Assembly (NCBI GenBank): GCA_963777505.1
Contig: CAVZQN010000008.1
Coordinates: forward strand, 352,001 to 416,000
Direction: 5' to 3'
Length of the DNA stretch: 64,000 nucleotides
Source of the DNA: an uncultured bacterium
GTDB taxonomy: Bacteria > Acidobacteriota > HRBIN11 > JAKEFK01
The notes below the pieces were generated by a model. That model had not been told where the DNA came from, searched no databases, and saw only the letters and a program-made list of their open reading frames with translations. The translations under genes were made by a program, and so were the position numbers. Positions 20,725 to 31,546 of this stretch are shown piece after piece. Numbering within the stretch: the stretch's first letter is position 1; every line of letters begins with the position of its first letter.

Positions 20725-22694
20725 TTTTTCGTTAATGATACAGCCTTTTCAAGATGTTTCCTTGCTTCGGCAAATTTTGTGGTCAACAAATCAATTTCTT
20801 TTGCAATTTTATCCGGGTCCTCTTCTTTTACTGCGGCTACCACATTGGGCAAAGATTCTCCAACACAGCCAAGCTTCTTTGATGCTTCCATTAACACGCT
20901 TCTACCCTGGTTTTGATCGTAAAACGCTTCCATCGTGTTTAACAAGAGCTGGTTTACTTCAAGCCGCCGATCGTTCGCCAAAGATTTGTTGTTCATTTTT
21001 GGAAGAGCTTGCGCAACCGAATGGAAACGATCCATTTCAGCATTCAAGGAATTCCATTGAGTACTATTCTTCGGCGACAGCGGCTTCAACTCGTTGATTG
21101 CTTTTAACGCGTAACCGCGAAACTCGGTGAAATCATAAGGTATGATTGGCTCGGAGGTAAGCCGCATCAAATATCTACCCAGAATGCGTGCAAGCGTAGC
21201 GCGATAACCCGCGCGTGGGTCGCCGAACTTTTCCATCCATAGTTCGTTGTCATAAATCGAATGATAGACGCTATATGTCCTTCCAAAACCGGCATCAACC
21301 ACAGGAAGTCCGGCTAGTCGAACGAACGCAGCAGTATCCCCGCTGAATCCAGGATTTTGAAATTCGGGACGAATCTCAGAAAAAAGTCTGCCTGAATCAG
21401 GATCCGCCAGGCCTTCGAGTGCTTGATCAAACGATGTGTGAAGTCCTGGACTCAAATATGCTGCAAGATCCCGCGCGCGAAAGGCTGAGTCCACATTGAT
21501 GTATGCGATTGCTTGTTTTAAAGTGGAAAGATTTTTTTGTACCCATTCAGTTGAACCAAACATTCCATACTCTTCACCATCCCAAAAAGCAAAGACAACT
21601 TTGCGTTGAGGTCTCCAGCCATCTTTAACAAGTCCAGCAAGTACCTGTGCTGATTCAAGCAGCACCGAAGTTCCGGAAGAAGGATCCGATGCGCCATACA
21701 CCCACGCATCATAATGATTTCCGGCAACAACGAATGTGCTGTCTGAACCTTCCAGTGTCGCAAAAATGTTGCGGATAGTCCGTCTCTCATTCACTCCCTT
21801 GTAAAACAACTTTACTGTCGCAGGTCCTGGTCCAAGACGGTATCCCTGCGGAAGCCACCCAATCCAGTCCTCCGGCGCTTCCTTACCTTGAATATTACTG
21901 AATAGAACAGATGCGGTTTGCTGCGAGATCGGAAGCGCAGGAATCTGTGGGAGAGTTGAAAATGCTTGCGCTGCAGAATCTGATGGATCTCCAGGATACA
22001 AAAAATACTTCAATAGAGTGCCGCGTTGTGCAACCCATGGATTTAGATGTGGTCCATATGGAAATTCCGTTTTCAAAAAACCTTGATCTTTCAATTCAGG
22101 ATAAATAAGCAGACCTGCAATTCCTTCGTTTTCAGCAGCAAGAATCTTCATGCTTCGGCAAATTCCTCGAGCGCGCACAAGTGCAATCGTTCCTGCAACC
22201 TGAATCCCCTGACTTTTCAGAAATGCGTAATCTTCTTTACTCCCGGAGTTTGCATAAACTAATTTCGCCTCAATATCTGCATCAGGTGAAAACGCTAAAA
22301 ATGGAAGCTCACGCAATGAAACCTCACTCCATGGATCATCAGCAAGCTTTTTTTCATGAAGATCAAATTTGATTTGATGCGGCTGAACCAAAAGCAGATG
22401 TGCTTCAGCAGGTTCAGGAAAATCAAAAGTATACTCCTCTGTTGAAGTCTTTAGGCCTGCTTGCGAAAGACGATTCAGGATTTCATCACCGACATTTCGA
22501 TTTGCAGTTGTTCCAGCGCGATGCGGCTTTGATGAAAGCCTTTTCCCTTGCTCTTGAATTCTTTTTTGCAAAACTTCTTGATCAATTTTGGCGTACCATT
22601 TGGCTGAAATATTTTCCGGATTTCGGAAACGCAGAAACAAAAGGATTGAGATTGCGGCAAGCAGAAGAAAAATCAGAAGCGCTTTGCGATTCAA
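20721..22694 (-). CDS. M28 glutamate carboxypeptidase II-like peptidase with PA domain (start probably TTG 22694)
   Basis: PHRAGT, GNHYDAW, ASDPSSG, WDGEEYG, YINVD and YHSIYD motifs; N-terminal anchor. Confidence 0.88.
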
Positions 22695-22701
22695 GCGCTT
22701 A

Positions 22702-23790
22702 TTATACCTTCCGGAATGCTCCGGAAACCCCGCGTAAAGAGTATGGCTCAAAGAATATGGAGCGCGCAGCATCATCGATTACACGTCCCAGAACGTGAGA
22801 ACGATAGCCGGCTGCAGAAACAATGCGCGAGATTGTAGACGCATGCCGTGAATCATCTGGAACTGCAAGGATAAATCCAATTCCCATATTGAAAACACGA
22901 AACATTTCTTCCATGGAAACGTTTCCTAAACGTTGAAGCATTTGAAAAATCGGCGGCGGTTCTGGGAAAAAATCAATTCGATAGCCAACAGGCTTAATCG
23001 TACGCGTCAAATTAAACAATCCATCTCCAGTAATATGAAATAGTCCTCGCACAGGAACCTGTTTCATAATTTCTAGAATTTCTTTGACATAAATACGGGT
23101 TGGTTCTAAAAGCGCTTCACCGATGGTCTTTCCCAGTTCAGTCCGATATGAATCTACAGAAAGGCCGGCAATATCGAACAAGATTTTTCGAGCTAATGTA
23201 TAGCCATTGCTATGCAAACCTGTGCTTTCAAGACCGATCAGCAAATCACCAGGCATTAGTTCATTCCCAACAATCAACTTATCAGGAGGAACAATGCCGA
23301 TTGCTGTGCCAACGATATCGAAAGTTGTTACGCCTACTTTTTTCGCAAGCAGATCTGCAACTTGCGCAAGCTCACCCCCAGACAAACTGATTCCGGCTTG
23401 CACACATCCTTCATAAAGTCCTTTTGCAACTTCCTCCAGGATAGTTGGATTGGCTTCATTCGTCGCAATATAGTCGACCATCGATACCGGAGTCGCACCA
23501 ACACAAATAATGTCATTGACGTTCATTGCGATGCAGTCGATGCCAACGGTATCGTACTTTTTCATGCTCTCTGCAACCAACAATTTCGTTCCAACACCAT
23601 CTGTGGAAAAAGCGATTCCGATAGGAAAACCGGCGGGAGTTAAATCAATTACGTTTGCATAAAAGCCGATCGGAAGAATAGGCTTGCATACATTGAGCCC
23701 AAACGTACGATTTACATACTCAAGAACTGATTTAAGACTTCCTTCTTTTTTGCCGGCATCGACGCCTGCAGATCGATAATCCATAGTCAC
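22702..23790 (-). CDS. purM: Phosphoribosylformylglycinamidine cyclo-ligase (AIR synthetase)
   Basis: YRSAGVD, STDGVGTK, AMNVND, GGELA, GLHSNGY, HITGDG and FNMGIG motifs. Confidence 0.93.
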   Translation of the reverse strand: MTMDYRSAGVDAGKKEGSLKSVLEYVNRTFGLNVCKPILPIGFYANVIDLTPAGFPIGIAFSTDGVGTKLLVAESMKKYDTVGIDCIAMNVNDIICVGATPVSMVDYIATNEANPTILEEVAKGLYEGCVQAGISLSGGELAQVADLLAKKVGVTTFDIVGTAIGIVPPDKLIVGNELMPGDLLIGLESTGLHSNGYTLARKILFDIAGLSVDSYRTELGKTIGEALLEPTRIYVKEILEIMKQVPVRGLFHITGDGLFNLTRTIKPVGYRIDFFPEPPPIFQMLQRLGNVSMEEMFRVFNMGIGFILAVPDDSRHASTISRIVSAAGYRSHVLGRVIDDAARSIFFEPYSLRGVSGAFRKV

Positions 23791-24665
23791 TCAAATTTCA
23801 TCACATAGCCCGAAATCTTCAAGCTGGCAAATGCTTTGTTAAATTTTACCGCAAATAAATAAACAAGAGACCGGATCAAGAATGCTAATGCAAATGCAGT
23901 TTTAACAAAAATCATCTTGTACTTTTTTTTCCGAAAATATAGAAGAGCACTTTCAACAAAATATCTTTGAGATTTGAATGGATCCTGACGTGAACTTCCT
24001 CCGGCATCATGAATGAATTCAGCAACAGGATAGTAATAAATCTTCCAACCGGAATGTACGATTCTTTCGCACAAGTCTACATCTTCCATATATAAGAAAT
24101 AAGATTCATCAAAATTTCCAACCTGGCTCAGCACTTTTTTTCGAAGCATCAACGCGGCACCCATCGGCTGTTCCACCGTTCGTGTATCGCTGTGTTGGCG
24201 AGAAGAGAGCCTGTACCCTGTCGGAATAACACGATCTAAAAATGAAAGATATAAGAAAAGTGAAGCCGGGGTTGGAAACTTTCTACAAGATGGCTGCAGG
24301 TTTCCATCAGGAAAAAGCAGTTTTGGCGCTACCGCTCCTGCATCTTTCGTATTTTGAAGAAACTCTTCAAGGGCTCGGACCGAACCAGGCAAGGCACACA
24401 AATCCGCGTTTAAAATCAATACATTTGGAGAGGCTGCTAACTCAATTCCTTGATTTGCTGCCGAGCCAAACCCGATGTTTTCCGTGTTGGCGATAAGGGC
24501 GATATTGGGACGCTTCTTCAGGATTTCCAATGATTCATCAGTCGAATTGTTATCGACAACAATGATCTGAGCAGGCTTTTCCGCTTCGAGCGAGCGGAGA
24601 AGCTCATCGAGGTAAGCTTCACCGTTCCAATTCACGATAACGATCGTGGTTGATGACGCTGCCAT
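23787..24665 (-). CDS. Glycosyltransferase family 2 (WbbL/rhamnosyltransferase-like)
   Basis: VNWN, VDNNSTD, NIGFGSAAN, LNAD and FLYMEDVDLC motifs. Confidence 0.87.
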   Translation of the reverse strand: MAASSTTIVIVNWNGEAYLDELLRSLEAEKPAQIIVVDNNSTDESLEILKKRPNIALIANTENIGFGSAANQGIELAASPNVLILNADLCALPGSVRALEEFLQNTKDAGAVAPKLLFPDGNLQPSCRKFPTPASLFLYLSFLDRVIPTGYRLSSRQHSDTRTVEQPMGAALMLRKKVLSQVGNFDESYFLYMEDVDLCERIVHSGWKIYYYPVAEFIHDAGGSSRQDPFKSQRYFVESALLYFRKKKYKMIFVKTAFALAFLIRSLVYLFAVKFNKAFASLKISGYVMKFE

Positions 24666-24730
24666 AATCTAGCCGTATTCTCTCATGGCAGTTCGAAATC
24701 GGCGAATTGTTTAACTACAACAGCTTTCGA

Positions 24731-24739
24731 TGATATAAT
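24731..24739 (+). promoter_or_regulatory. Extended -10 promoter of the ABC operon
   Basis: TGaTATAAT in the divergent intergenic gap. Confidence 0.45.
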
Positions 24740-24757
24740 CCCTTGTCCATCAACAAC

Positions 24758-25669
24758 ATGGAATCTGTTCTTAAGATCGACCGTATCAGCAAAGTCTTCA
24801 AAACCGGATTTATTCCCAAAAAAGTAACCGCTCTTGATCAAGTCTCCCTGGAAGTCAGCCGGGGCGAAATTTTCGGTCTACTTGGCCCCAACGGCGCCGG
24901 CAAAACTACAACAATAAAATGCATTTTGGGACTGATTTATGTTGATTCCGGACGAATTGAATTAATGGGAGATCCAATCCCTTCAATTCGAGCTCAATCC
25001 CGAATCGGTTTTCTTGCAGAAAATCCATACGTCTATGACTTTCTCACCGGCCGCGAATACCTGATTTTTGCCGCCAGTCTTCATGGATACAGTTCCGACG
25101 AATCCAAAAAAAAGGCAGATGAACTTCTCGCTCAATTTCATATTGAAGAGGCTGCTGATCGGCAGTTAAAAAAATACTCAAAAGGGATGCTTCAACGTGT
25201 AGGGCTCGCACAGGCACTGATCAACGACCCGGAGTTTCTAATTCTGGATGAGCCAATGTCTGGTCTGGATCCTCTCGGACGAAAGGAAGTACGCGATCTA
25301 ATGATTTCGCTCAAGAACAAAGGTAAGACGATTTTGTTTAGTTCACATATTCTGTCAGATGCCGAACTCCTCTGTGATCATGTTGCGATTCTTGTAAATG
25401 GAAAATTACAAACGATTGGAAAACTTCAATCATTGATTAAGAAAGTTGAAGGATATGAAGTGACTCTGAACAACATTTCTGATGGCAATCTTAATGGCAT
25501 CGCGCATGATCTCATTACGACATCACAAACAGGATCATTACTTCGAGTCCATTCGATTGAAGCACTTCAAACATTGATTGCCAGATCGCGCGAAGGTAAA
25601 TTCGAAATCGAATCCATTATTCCTCAGCGGCAAACGCTCGAAGATCTTTATTTAAAACGAATGAAATGA
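24758..25669 (+). CDS. ABC transporter ATP-binding protein (Myxococcus PilH-like)
   Basis: [24 protein letters not shown] and SSH motifs. Confidence 0.9.
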   Translation: MESVLKIDRISKVFKTGFIPKKVTALDQVSLEVSRGEIFGLLGPNGAGKTTTIKCILGLIYVDSGRIELMGDPIPSIRAQSRIGFLAENPYVYDFLTGREYLIFAASLHGYSSDESKKKADELLAQFHIEEAADRQLKKYSKGMLQRVGLAQALINDPEFLILDEPMSGLDPLGRKEVRDLMISLKNKGKTILFSSHILSDAELLCDHVAILVNGKLQTIGKLQSLIKKVEGYEVTLNNISDGNLNGIAHDLITTSQTGSLLRVHSIEALQTLIARSREGKFEIESIIPQRQTLEDLYLKRMK

Positions 25670-26430
25670 AAGCAATTTTAGCGATCACCAAACTCACGAT
25701 TCAGGAAGCTCTAAGAAACAAAATCCTTTACCTTTTGCTTGGATTTGCGGTCTTTTTGATCGGCTCTTCGTGGATTATCGGAAAACTAACAGTCGGCGAC
25801 GAACTTAAGATTATCAAAGACCTGTGTATCTCCGGAATCCATATGTTTGGCGTTTTAATTACGACTTTTATCGGAATTAGTCTCATTTTCCGCGAAATGG
25901 AGAAACGCACAATTTATCTGATCCTCAGCAAACCGATTCCCCGGTATCATTTTCTAATAGGAAAATTCCTTGGCCTCGCACTCACGCTTCTTGGAATCCT
26001 CGCCGTTCTTGTCATTGTGTTTTATGCGATTCTTTTTTTGAAAGGAGAATTTAACGGACGATTATTGCTCGCATTTTACACAATCTATCTTGAATGGCTC
26101 ATCATCGCAGGAATCGCAATTTTGTTTTCATCCTTCTCGACTCCTCTATTGAGCACAATGCTAACGCTTTGCGCGTTCTTGATGGGACATTTAACAGAAA
26201 GCTTGTTGATGTTGAAAGGACGGCTCACTTCAGGCGTAGCAGGATCGGTCCTGACTGCACTTTTTTATGCACTTCCAAATCTTGAACTATTCAATATCCG
26301 TTCACAGGTAGTACACAGTCTTTCTCTGCCTGTATCTTATTTCCTGACTACAACAGCGTACTGGTTTCTTTATCTAGCTACTCTTTTGTTGTTCGCATCC
26401 TGGCTATTTCAGAAAAGAGATTTCATATGA
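25666..26430 (+). CDS. ABC transporter permease (PilI-like)
   Basis: Six TM helices; REMEKRTIYLILSKPIPR...GKFLG; FQKRDF end. Confidence 0.85.
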   Translation: MKAILAITKLTIQEALRNKILYLLLGFAVFLIGSSWIIGKLTVGDELKIIKDLCISGIHMFGVLITTFIGISLIFREMEKRTIYLILSKPIPRYHFLIGKFLGLALTLLGILAVLVIVFYAILFLKGEFNGRLLLAFYTIYLEWLIIAGIAILFSSFSTPLLSTMLTLCAFLMGHLTESLLMLKGRLTSGVAGSVLTALFYALPNLELFNIRSQVVHSLSLPVSYFLTTTAYWFLYLATLLLFASWLFQKRDFI

Positions 26431-27272
26431 AACGCTGGGGATTAGCGATTCTACTGACATACATTCTTGCCGTTGCGCTTCACTACCATATTTACGTAAC
26501 CCATCGGGTTAACAGCACACTTTTCACGCAGATGCTTTATCTGCCCTCTGGAAAATATCTCAAGCCTGCGTCACTTGGCTATTACGCGCCATTGTCAGAT
26601 TTTATTTATCTATGGTCCATTCAATACTATGGCGACCCAGCTTTTAGCCCACGAATGGAATATTTGAAACATACATATGACATCATTGTTGAATTGGATC
26701 CACATTATCTCGATGCGTATCAAGTTGGCGCTCTTTTTATGTTCTTTGACGGAAGAAATCCTGAGGCAGGTTTGGAATTATTGGATCGCGGACTCAAAAA
26801 CAATCCTAACGAGTGGATCATTGCAGCTGACGCAGGCTTTTATTGCATGATGAACCTTAAGGATTACAAACGTGCTGGATCGTATTTCAAAAAAGCAGCC
26901 GATATTCCTTCTGCTCCGGCCCAGGCAAAAAGGCTTTTAGCAGGAATGCATTTTAGGCAGGGCGATAAAGTTCATGCGTATCAACTCTGGAAAGAAATTT
27001 ATGACACAGCTACGAAGGCTGCGATTAAACAAACTGCGTATCAACATATGCATGATCTAAAAGCGCTCGTAGATATCGAAAACCTGAAAAAAGCGATTGA
27101 CAAGTATTACGAAACAAAAGGCAACTATCCATTGAATCTTCAGCAGCTCGTTGCTGTGCAATACCTACCAGAAATCCCTATTGACCCTGATGGCAACCCA
27201 TACATTTATGATCCGTGGACCGGCACAGTAGAATATTCTCAGGAGCTGAATATCTACAAGCGGTATCAATGA
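26427..27272 (+). CDS. PilG-like TPR accessory protein with GspG-like C-terminus
   Basis: DFIYLWSIQYYG, ELDPHY, GLKNNP TPR; C-terminal YPLNLQQLV...IPIDPDGNPY. Confidence 0.7.
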   Translation: MKRWGLAILLTYILAVALHYHIYVTHRVNSTLFTQMLYLPSGKYLKPASLGYYAPLSDFIYLWSIQYYGDPAFSPRMEYLKHTYDIIVELDPHYLDAYQVGALFMFFDGRNPEAGLELLDRGLKNNPNEWIIAADAGFYCMMNLKDYKRAGSYFKKAADIPSAPAQAKRLLAGMHFRQGDKVHAYQLWKEIYDTATKAAIKQTAYQHMHDLKALVDIENLKKAIDKYYETKGNYPLNLQQLVAVQYLPEIPIDPDGNPYIYDPWTGTVEYSQELNIYKRYQ

Positions 27273-28642
27273 GCGGAAAGGTCCTTTTAATCGAAGACAA
27301 AGACAGTCTTCGTGAAATGTTAAAGCGTGCCTTGGAAGAAGTTGGTTTTAATGTTGATGAGGCGCGTGATGGAATCGAAGCATTTAAGAAAATTAAAAGC
27401 AGCCGGTTCTTATTAATCCTTTCGGATTTGCGCATTCCGCATGTTGATGGACTTGAAATTTTGCGAGTGGCTAAAGAGGCAGATTCCGAAAATCACGTAA
27501 TTTTTATGACCGCTTATGGCTCGATTGAAATTGCTGTTGAAGCAATGAAAAACGGCGCTTATGATTTTCTTCCAAAACCAATCGACATTAATCACTTGCG
27601 TTTGCTTGTCCAGCGGATTCAATCTTCTCAGCAGCTGAGAAATGAAAACATGATCCTGCGTGAGGAATTTTCGCGAAGGCTGGGCTTTCCGCGTATTCTT
27701 GGTGAGGATCGATCCTTGCAAGAAATTACGCTAGCCGTGCAAAAGGCTGCGCCAACGGATGCAACTGTTTTGATTACAGGCGAAAGCGGAACTGGAAAAG
27801 AATTGTTTGCGCGCGCGATCCATCATTTAAGCCCGCGGAAAAATGCGCCATTCGTTGCTGTAAATTGCGCAGCCATTCCCGAACCACTTCTTGAAAATGA
27901 ACTATTCGGTCATGAAAAAGGAGCCTTTACCGGTGCAGTTAACCGGAAGTTGGGAAAATTTGAGCTTGCGCAAGGTGGTACGGTCTTTCTGGACGAAATT
28001 GGAGAAATGACCATTCCGCTTCAAGCGAAACTTTTAAGGGTGCTTCAAGAGAAAGAATTTGACCGGATCGGCGGTACAAGCCCCGTTCAAGTTGATATTC
28101 GAGTGCTGGCAGCAACCAACAAAGATCTTGAAAAACACGTGAAAGAAAAACAATTTCGGGATGATCTTTATTTTCGTCTTTCAGTTTTTCCAATTCACAT
28201 TCCTCCGCTTCGACAACGAAAAACGGATATTCCTTTGTTAGCCGAGCATTTTGTTGAAGAATTCAGTAGAGAAATGAAACGCGGGAAAATGAAGCTCACA
28301 TCCGGTGCTTTGAGAAAACTTGCCGAATATTCCTGGCCAGGAAATGTACGCGAACTACAAAATTGTTTGGAACGCGCCGTCATCGTTGCGGACGGAAATA
28401 CGATTAACGAAAAAGATGTACTGACAAATTCAGGTGCTCTTTCTGGAAGTATTGCAGACTACCTGAACTTTGACGGCTCACTGTCGGAAATTCGAAGGCG
28501 CGCAGCCGATGAGGCTGAAAAACATGCGATTCTGAAAGTCTGGCAGAATTCATCCCAAAACCTCGATAAAGCAGCGGCTGAATTAGGTATATCCGTCAAA
28601 ACACTGTCAGCTAGATTGAAAGACTTGAAAGTCATCGATTAA
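27269..28642 (+). CDS. Sigma54-dependent NtrC/PilR-like response regulator
   Basis: Receiver domain; [21 protein letters not shown] and WPGNVREL; Fis HTH; ATGA coupling. Confidence 0.92.
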   Translation: MSGKVLLIEDKDSLREMLKRALEEVGFNVDEARDGIEAFKKIKSSRFLLILSDLRIPHVDGLEILRVAKEADSENHVIFMTAYGSIEIAVEAMKNGAYDFLPKPIDINHLRLLVQRIQSSQQLRNENMILREEFSRRLGFPRILGEDRSLQEITLAVQKAAPTDATVLITGESGTGKELFARAIHHLSPRKNAPFVAVNCAAIPEPLLENELFGHEKGAFTGAVNRKLGKFELAQGGTVFLDEIGEMTIPLQAKLLRVLQEKEFDRIGGTSPVQVDIRVLAATNKDLEKHVKEKQFRDDLYFRLSVFPIHIPPLRQRKTDIPLLAEHFVEEFSREMKRGKMKLTSGALRKLAEYSWPGNVRELQNCLERAVIVADGNTINEKDVLTNSGALSGSIADYLNFDGSLSEIRRRAADEAEKHAILKVWQNSSQNLDKAAAELGISVKTLSARLKDLKVID

Positions 28643-28667
28643 GGGCGGCCACAAGGGCCGCCCCTAC
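28643..28667 (-). repeat. GTAG-type REP-like palindrome
   Basis: Minus strand reads GTAGGGGCGGCCCTTGTGGCCGCCC. Confidence 0.65.
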
Positions 28668-28675
28668 CAATTCCA

Positions 28676-30049
28676 ATGCCTGAAAAAGTGAACTGGACAT
28701 ATCTTGCAGTACGAGGTTTCGCCCGTTTCTGGGTCCGTCGCTTTTTCAGGAAAATTCAAGTAGCAGGCACAGAAAATATTCCGCATGGCGCTGTTGTCTT
28801 CGCAATCAATCATCCAAATAATCTAGTCGATTCGATTGTTGTGGGATATGCAATCGAACGGAAAATACACTACCTTGCAACCGCTCAGCTTTTTCGCAAT
28901 AAGATTCTTTCAATGTTCCTTCACAATGTCGGAGTCATACCCGTTTACAGAAAACAAGACGACGCTTCGCATGGTGAAAAAAACCTTTCCACCTTTCATG
29001 CATGTTATGAAATTTTGAAGAATGGAGGTGCAATCGGAATTTATCCGGAAGGGACTACACATTCAGAACGGCGGGTCCGCAAAATAAAAACTGGGGCAGC
29101 TCGTATTGCACTGGAAACTGAAACTCTTCATCACCCAGGCGTTGTACTTGTGCCCGTTGGCCTGAATTTTTCTGTACGAAAATCTTTTCGAAGCGAAGTG
29201 ATTGTGAATATTGGTGAACCGATTTTAGTAACACCATATCTGGAAAAATATTCCGCCCAGCCTGTTGAGACCGTTGAGCTCCTGACAGCAGAGCTTCAGC
29301 AATGTCTTGAAAATGAAGTGATACATATCGATCAGCCCGAAATGGATCGCCTTGTTATAGAAATTGAGGAGATTTATAAAGCCGAGCTCATCCGAGATCT
29401 GATTGAAATTCGTGGGGTCAATAAAGATGAAATTGACAGCTTTCGCATATCAAAACGTCTGGTCGCCGGGATTGAATTTTTCAACCAGAAAAATCCAGAT
29501 TTCATTCGGCAGATCCACGCCGACGTGCAACTCTACAGAAACAGATTGAAGAAAATTAAGATTCATGATGATTTCATTAAGAAAATGGCAGAAAATCCAA
29601 CTGTATATCGCACGTTTTTGCTGCGAATCACTCTAATGATCATCGGTTTCCCACTCGGAGCCTGGGGTGCAATCAATCATTTCCTACCATATCAATTAAG
29701 CCGCTGGATCAGCAGAAAATTCGCAAAGAAGGAGACAGATTACGCAACTGTGCGCATCCTTTCAGGAATTGTTTTGTATTCACTTTTTTATGCGGGTCAG
29801 ATTTATTTGGTAATTCGCGGGTATGGCTTAATACCAGCTACCGTTTACGGATTTACATTACCAATGTCGGGAGGTTTCGCCTATTATTACTGGGAAAAAT
29901 TCCGGACAATGCGCAATAACTTCAAATCATTCCTTGTATTAATAACCAGAAAACGATTGCTCAAGAATCTAATCCAACAACGTGAGCGGCTGATCAATAC
30001 AATGGACGAAGCAAAAGAGGAATATCTGCGTGCCAGCGTACAAGCTTGA
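28676..30049 (+). CDS. Lysophospholipid/glycerol-3-phosphate acyltransferase family protein
   Basis: NHPNNLVD (HX4D), IPVYR, IYPEG and KTGAAR motifs; C-terminal TM helices. Confidence 0.88.
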   Translation: MPEKVNWTYLAVRGFARFWVRRFFRKIQVAGTENIPHGAVVFAINHPNNLVDSIVVGYAIERKIHYLATAQLFRNKILSMFLHNVGVIPVYRKQDDASHGEKNLSTFHACYEILKNGGAIGIYPEGTTHSERRVRKIKTGAARIALETETLHHPGVVLVPVGLNFSVRKSFRSEVIVNIGEPILVTPYLEKYSAQPVETVELLTAELQQCLENEVIHIDQPEMDRLVIEIEEIYKAELIRDLIEIRGVNKDEIDSFRISKRLVAGIEFFNQKNPDFIRQIHADVQLYRNRLKKIKIHDDFIKKMAENPTVYRTFLLRITLMIIGFPLGAWGAINHFLPYQLSRWISRKFAKKETDYATVRILSGIVLYSLFYAGQIYLVIRGYGLIPATVYGFTLPMSGGFAYYYWEKFRTMRNNFKSFLVLITRKRLLKNLIQQRERLINTMDEAKEEYLRASVQA

Positions 30050-30935
30050 AGAGCTAAAATACACAGAACTGGAAGCCCTCGATCGTTCTCGAACTTTATT
30101 CATTATTTGTGTGAGTCCCCTGGAAGAGCATGGCCCTCATCTTCCAATTGGCGTTGATCTTTTCAATGCGCAATTCTTTGGAGAGGCTGTGAGTCAAAAA
30201 TTTTTAGAAAAATATCCTGACTGGAAGGTTATTCAGATGCCTTCCTTCCCGATCGGTTCATTTGCATTCGATGCCCCAGGCACACTGATGGTTCGTCCGA
30301 AAATAATCCGTGAACTATTAATCGACTCCATTTCTTCCTTCGCAAAATATGGTTTCAAATATTTTCTTGTTTCGAATGCTCATGGTGGACCGACGCATAT
30401 TGCTGCCCTTGAAGAAGCTGGACAAGCAATATCAAAACGTTACGGCGCGCGAGTGCTTTCCTTTACAGGACATATAGCCTGGGAGTTTTTAAGCGGAAAG
30501 TATTGGCCTCAAATTCGTGAACGTTTAAATCTTACGGATGAAGAAGCGGAGGCACTCAAAGATGATGCCCATGGTGGTCAATGGGAAACATCGATGATGT
30601 TAAAATTGCGTCCTGATTTGGTGGACGACGAATATCGGAATCTAAAACCTTTTAGCGTAAAAATGATTGAAAAACTGAGACCGAATTATCCATTAAAAAT
30701 GGACGGTGGAAAGGGATATGTTGGTCATCCCGAAAAAGCGAATAAAGAACTTGCCGAAGTATCAAGTGAATTTCTTGTTGAAAAGGTATTTGAAATGGTA
30801 GAACGTCATATCTTTTCAGAAAAAGCGCCGCCTGCATCAATGTTTTATCGCATTCCTTTATTTCGTGTTGGATTTCTGCGGATGCTTTTAGCGGCTGGAA
30901 TTCTTGTAATAATTTTGTTGTTGCTATTCAGGTAA
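30030..30935 (+). CDS. Creatininase family amidohydrolase with C-terminal membrane anchor
   Basis: EEHGPHLPIGVD, NAHGG and DAHGGQWETS motifs; hydrophobic C-terminal tail. Confidence 0.85.
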   Translation: MPAYKLEELKYTELEALDRSRTLFIICVSPLEEHGPHLPIGVDLFNAQFFGEAVSQKFLEKYPDWKVIQMPSFPIGSFAFDAPGTLMVRPKIIRELLIDSISSFAKYGFKYFLVSNAHGGPTHIAALEEAGQAISKRYGARVLSFTGHIAWEFLSGKYWPQIRERLNLTDEEAEALKDDAHGGQWETSMMLKLRPDLVDDEYRNLKPFSVKMIEKLRPNYPLKMDGGKGYVGHPEKANKELAEVSSEFLVEKVFEMVERHIFSEKAPPASMFYRIPLFRVGFLRMLLAAGILVIILLLLFR

Positions 30936-30946
30936 ACGGAGGAACA

Positions 30947-31402
30947 ATGTTGAATCGGATTTCGATCGGTTTTTCCTGTGTGATTTTAATAATGGCCGCG
31001 GCCGTTTCCTTTTCGCAAAAACCAACAGAACGCAAGATCGTTAGTCTTCCGAACGGAAACCCAGAACTTCCATTTAGTGACGCGATTTTGGTCGGCGACA
31101 CCCTATACCTTGCCGGGAAAATTGGTATTGATAGTAAAACCGGCAAGCCGCCAGAAAAAGTAGAAGATGAAATTAAGCTTGTTATGGATCGAATGAAAGC
31201 GAATTTAGAAGCGGCTGGGATGACAATGGATGATCTTGTAAGCGTTCAGATATTTTGTCCGGATCTGACCCTTTACGATACTTTTAATAAAATTTACCGC
31301 ACATACTTTACAAAGGATTTTCCTGCGCGAGCTTTTATCGGTTCGGGACCCTTATTACGAGGCGGACGTTTTGAAGTTCAAGGCATTGCTGTAAAGCGAT
31401 AA
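30947..31402 (+). CDS. RidA/YjgF family protein with signal peptide
   Basis: PFSDA, LYLAG, FPARAF (catalytic Arg), EVQGIA; hydrophobic N-terminus. Confidence 0.88.
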   Translation: MLNRISIGFSCVILIMAAAVSFSQKPTERKIVSLPNGNPELPFSDAILVGDTLYLAGKIGIDSKTGKPPEKVEDEIKLVMDRMKANLEAAGMTMDDLVSVQIFCPDLTLYDTFNKIYRTYFTKDFPARAFIGSGPLLRGGRFEVQGIAVKR

Positions 31403-31432
31403 CTATCTAACTGTCACAAGGAATGTTTAGCG

Positions 31433-31537
31433 ATTCTCCCCTTGGACAAGGGGGGAGTTAGAGGGGTGAAATGTTTTCTTGTAATGAGATTCTATTCAAC
31501 CCCCTCCTAACCTCCCCCTTATCTAAGGGGGAGGAAT
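31433..31537. repeat. Inverted pair of CCCCCTT-N-AAGGGGG REP-like units
   Basis: Left arm approximately reverse-complements the right arm; each arm has its own hairpin; lies between convergent genes. Confidence 0.75.
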
Positions 31538-31546
31538 ACAAGGTCA

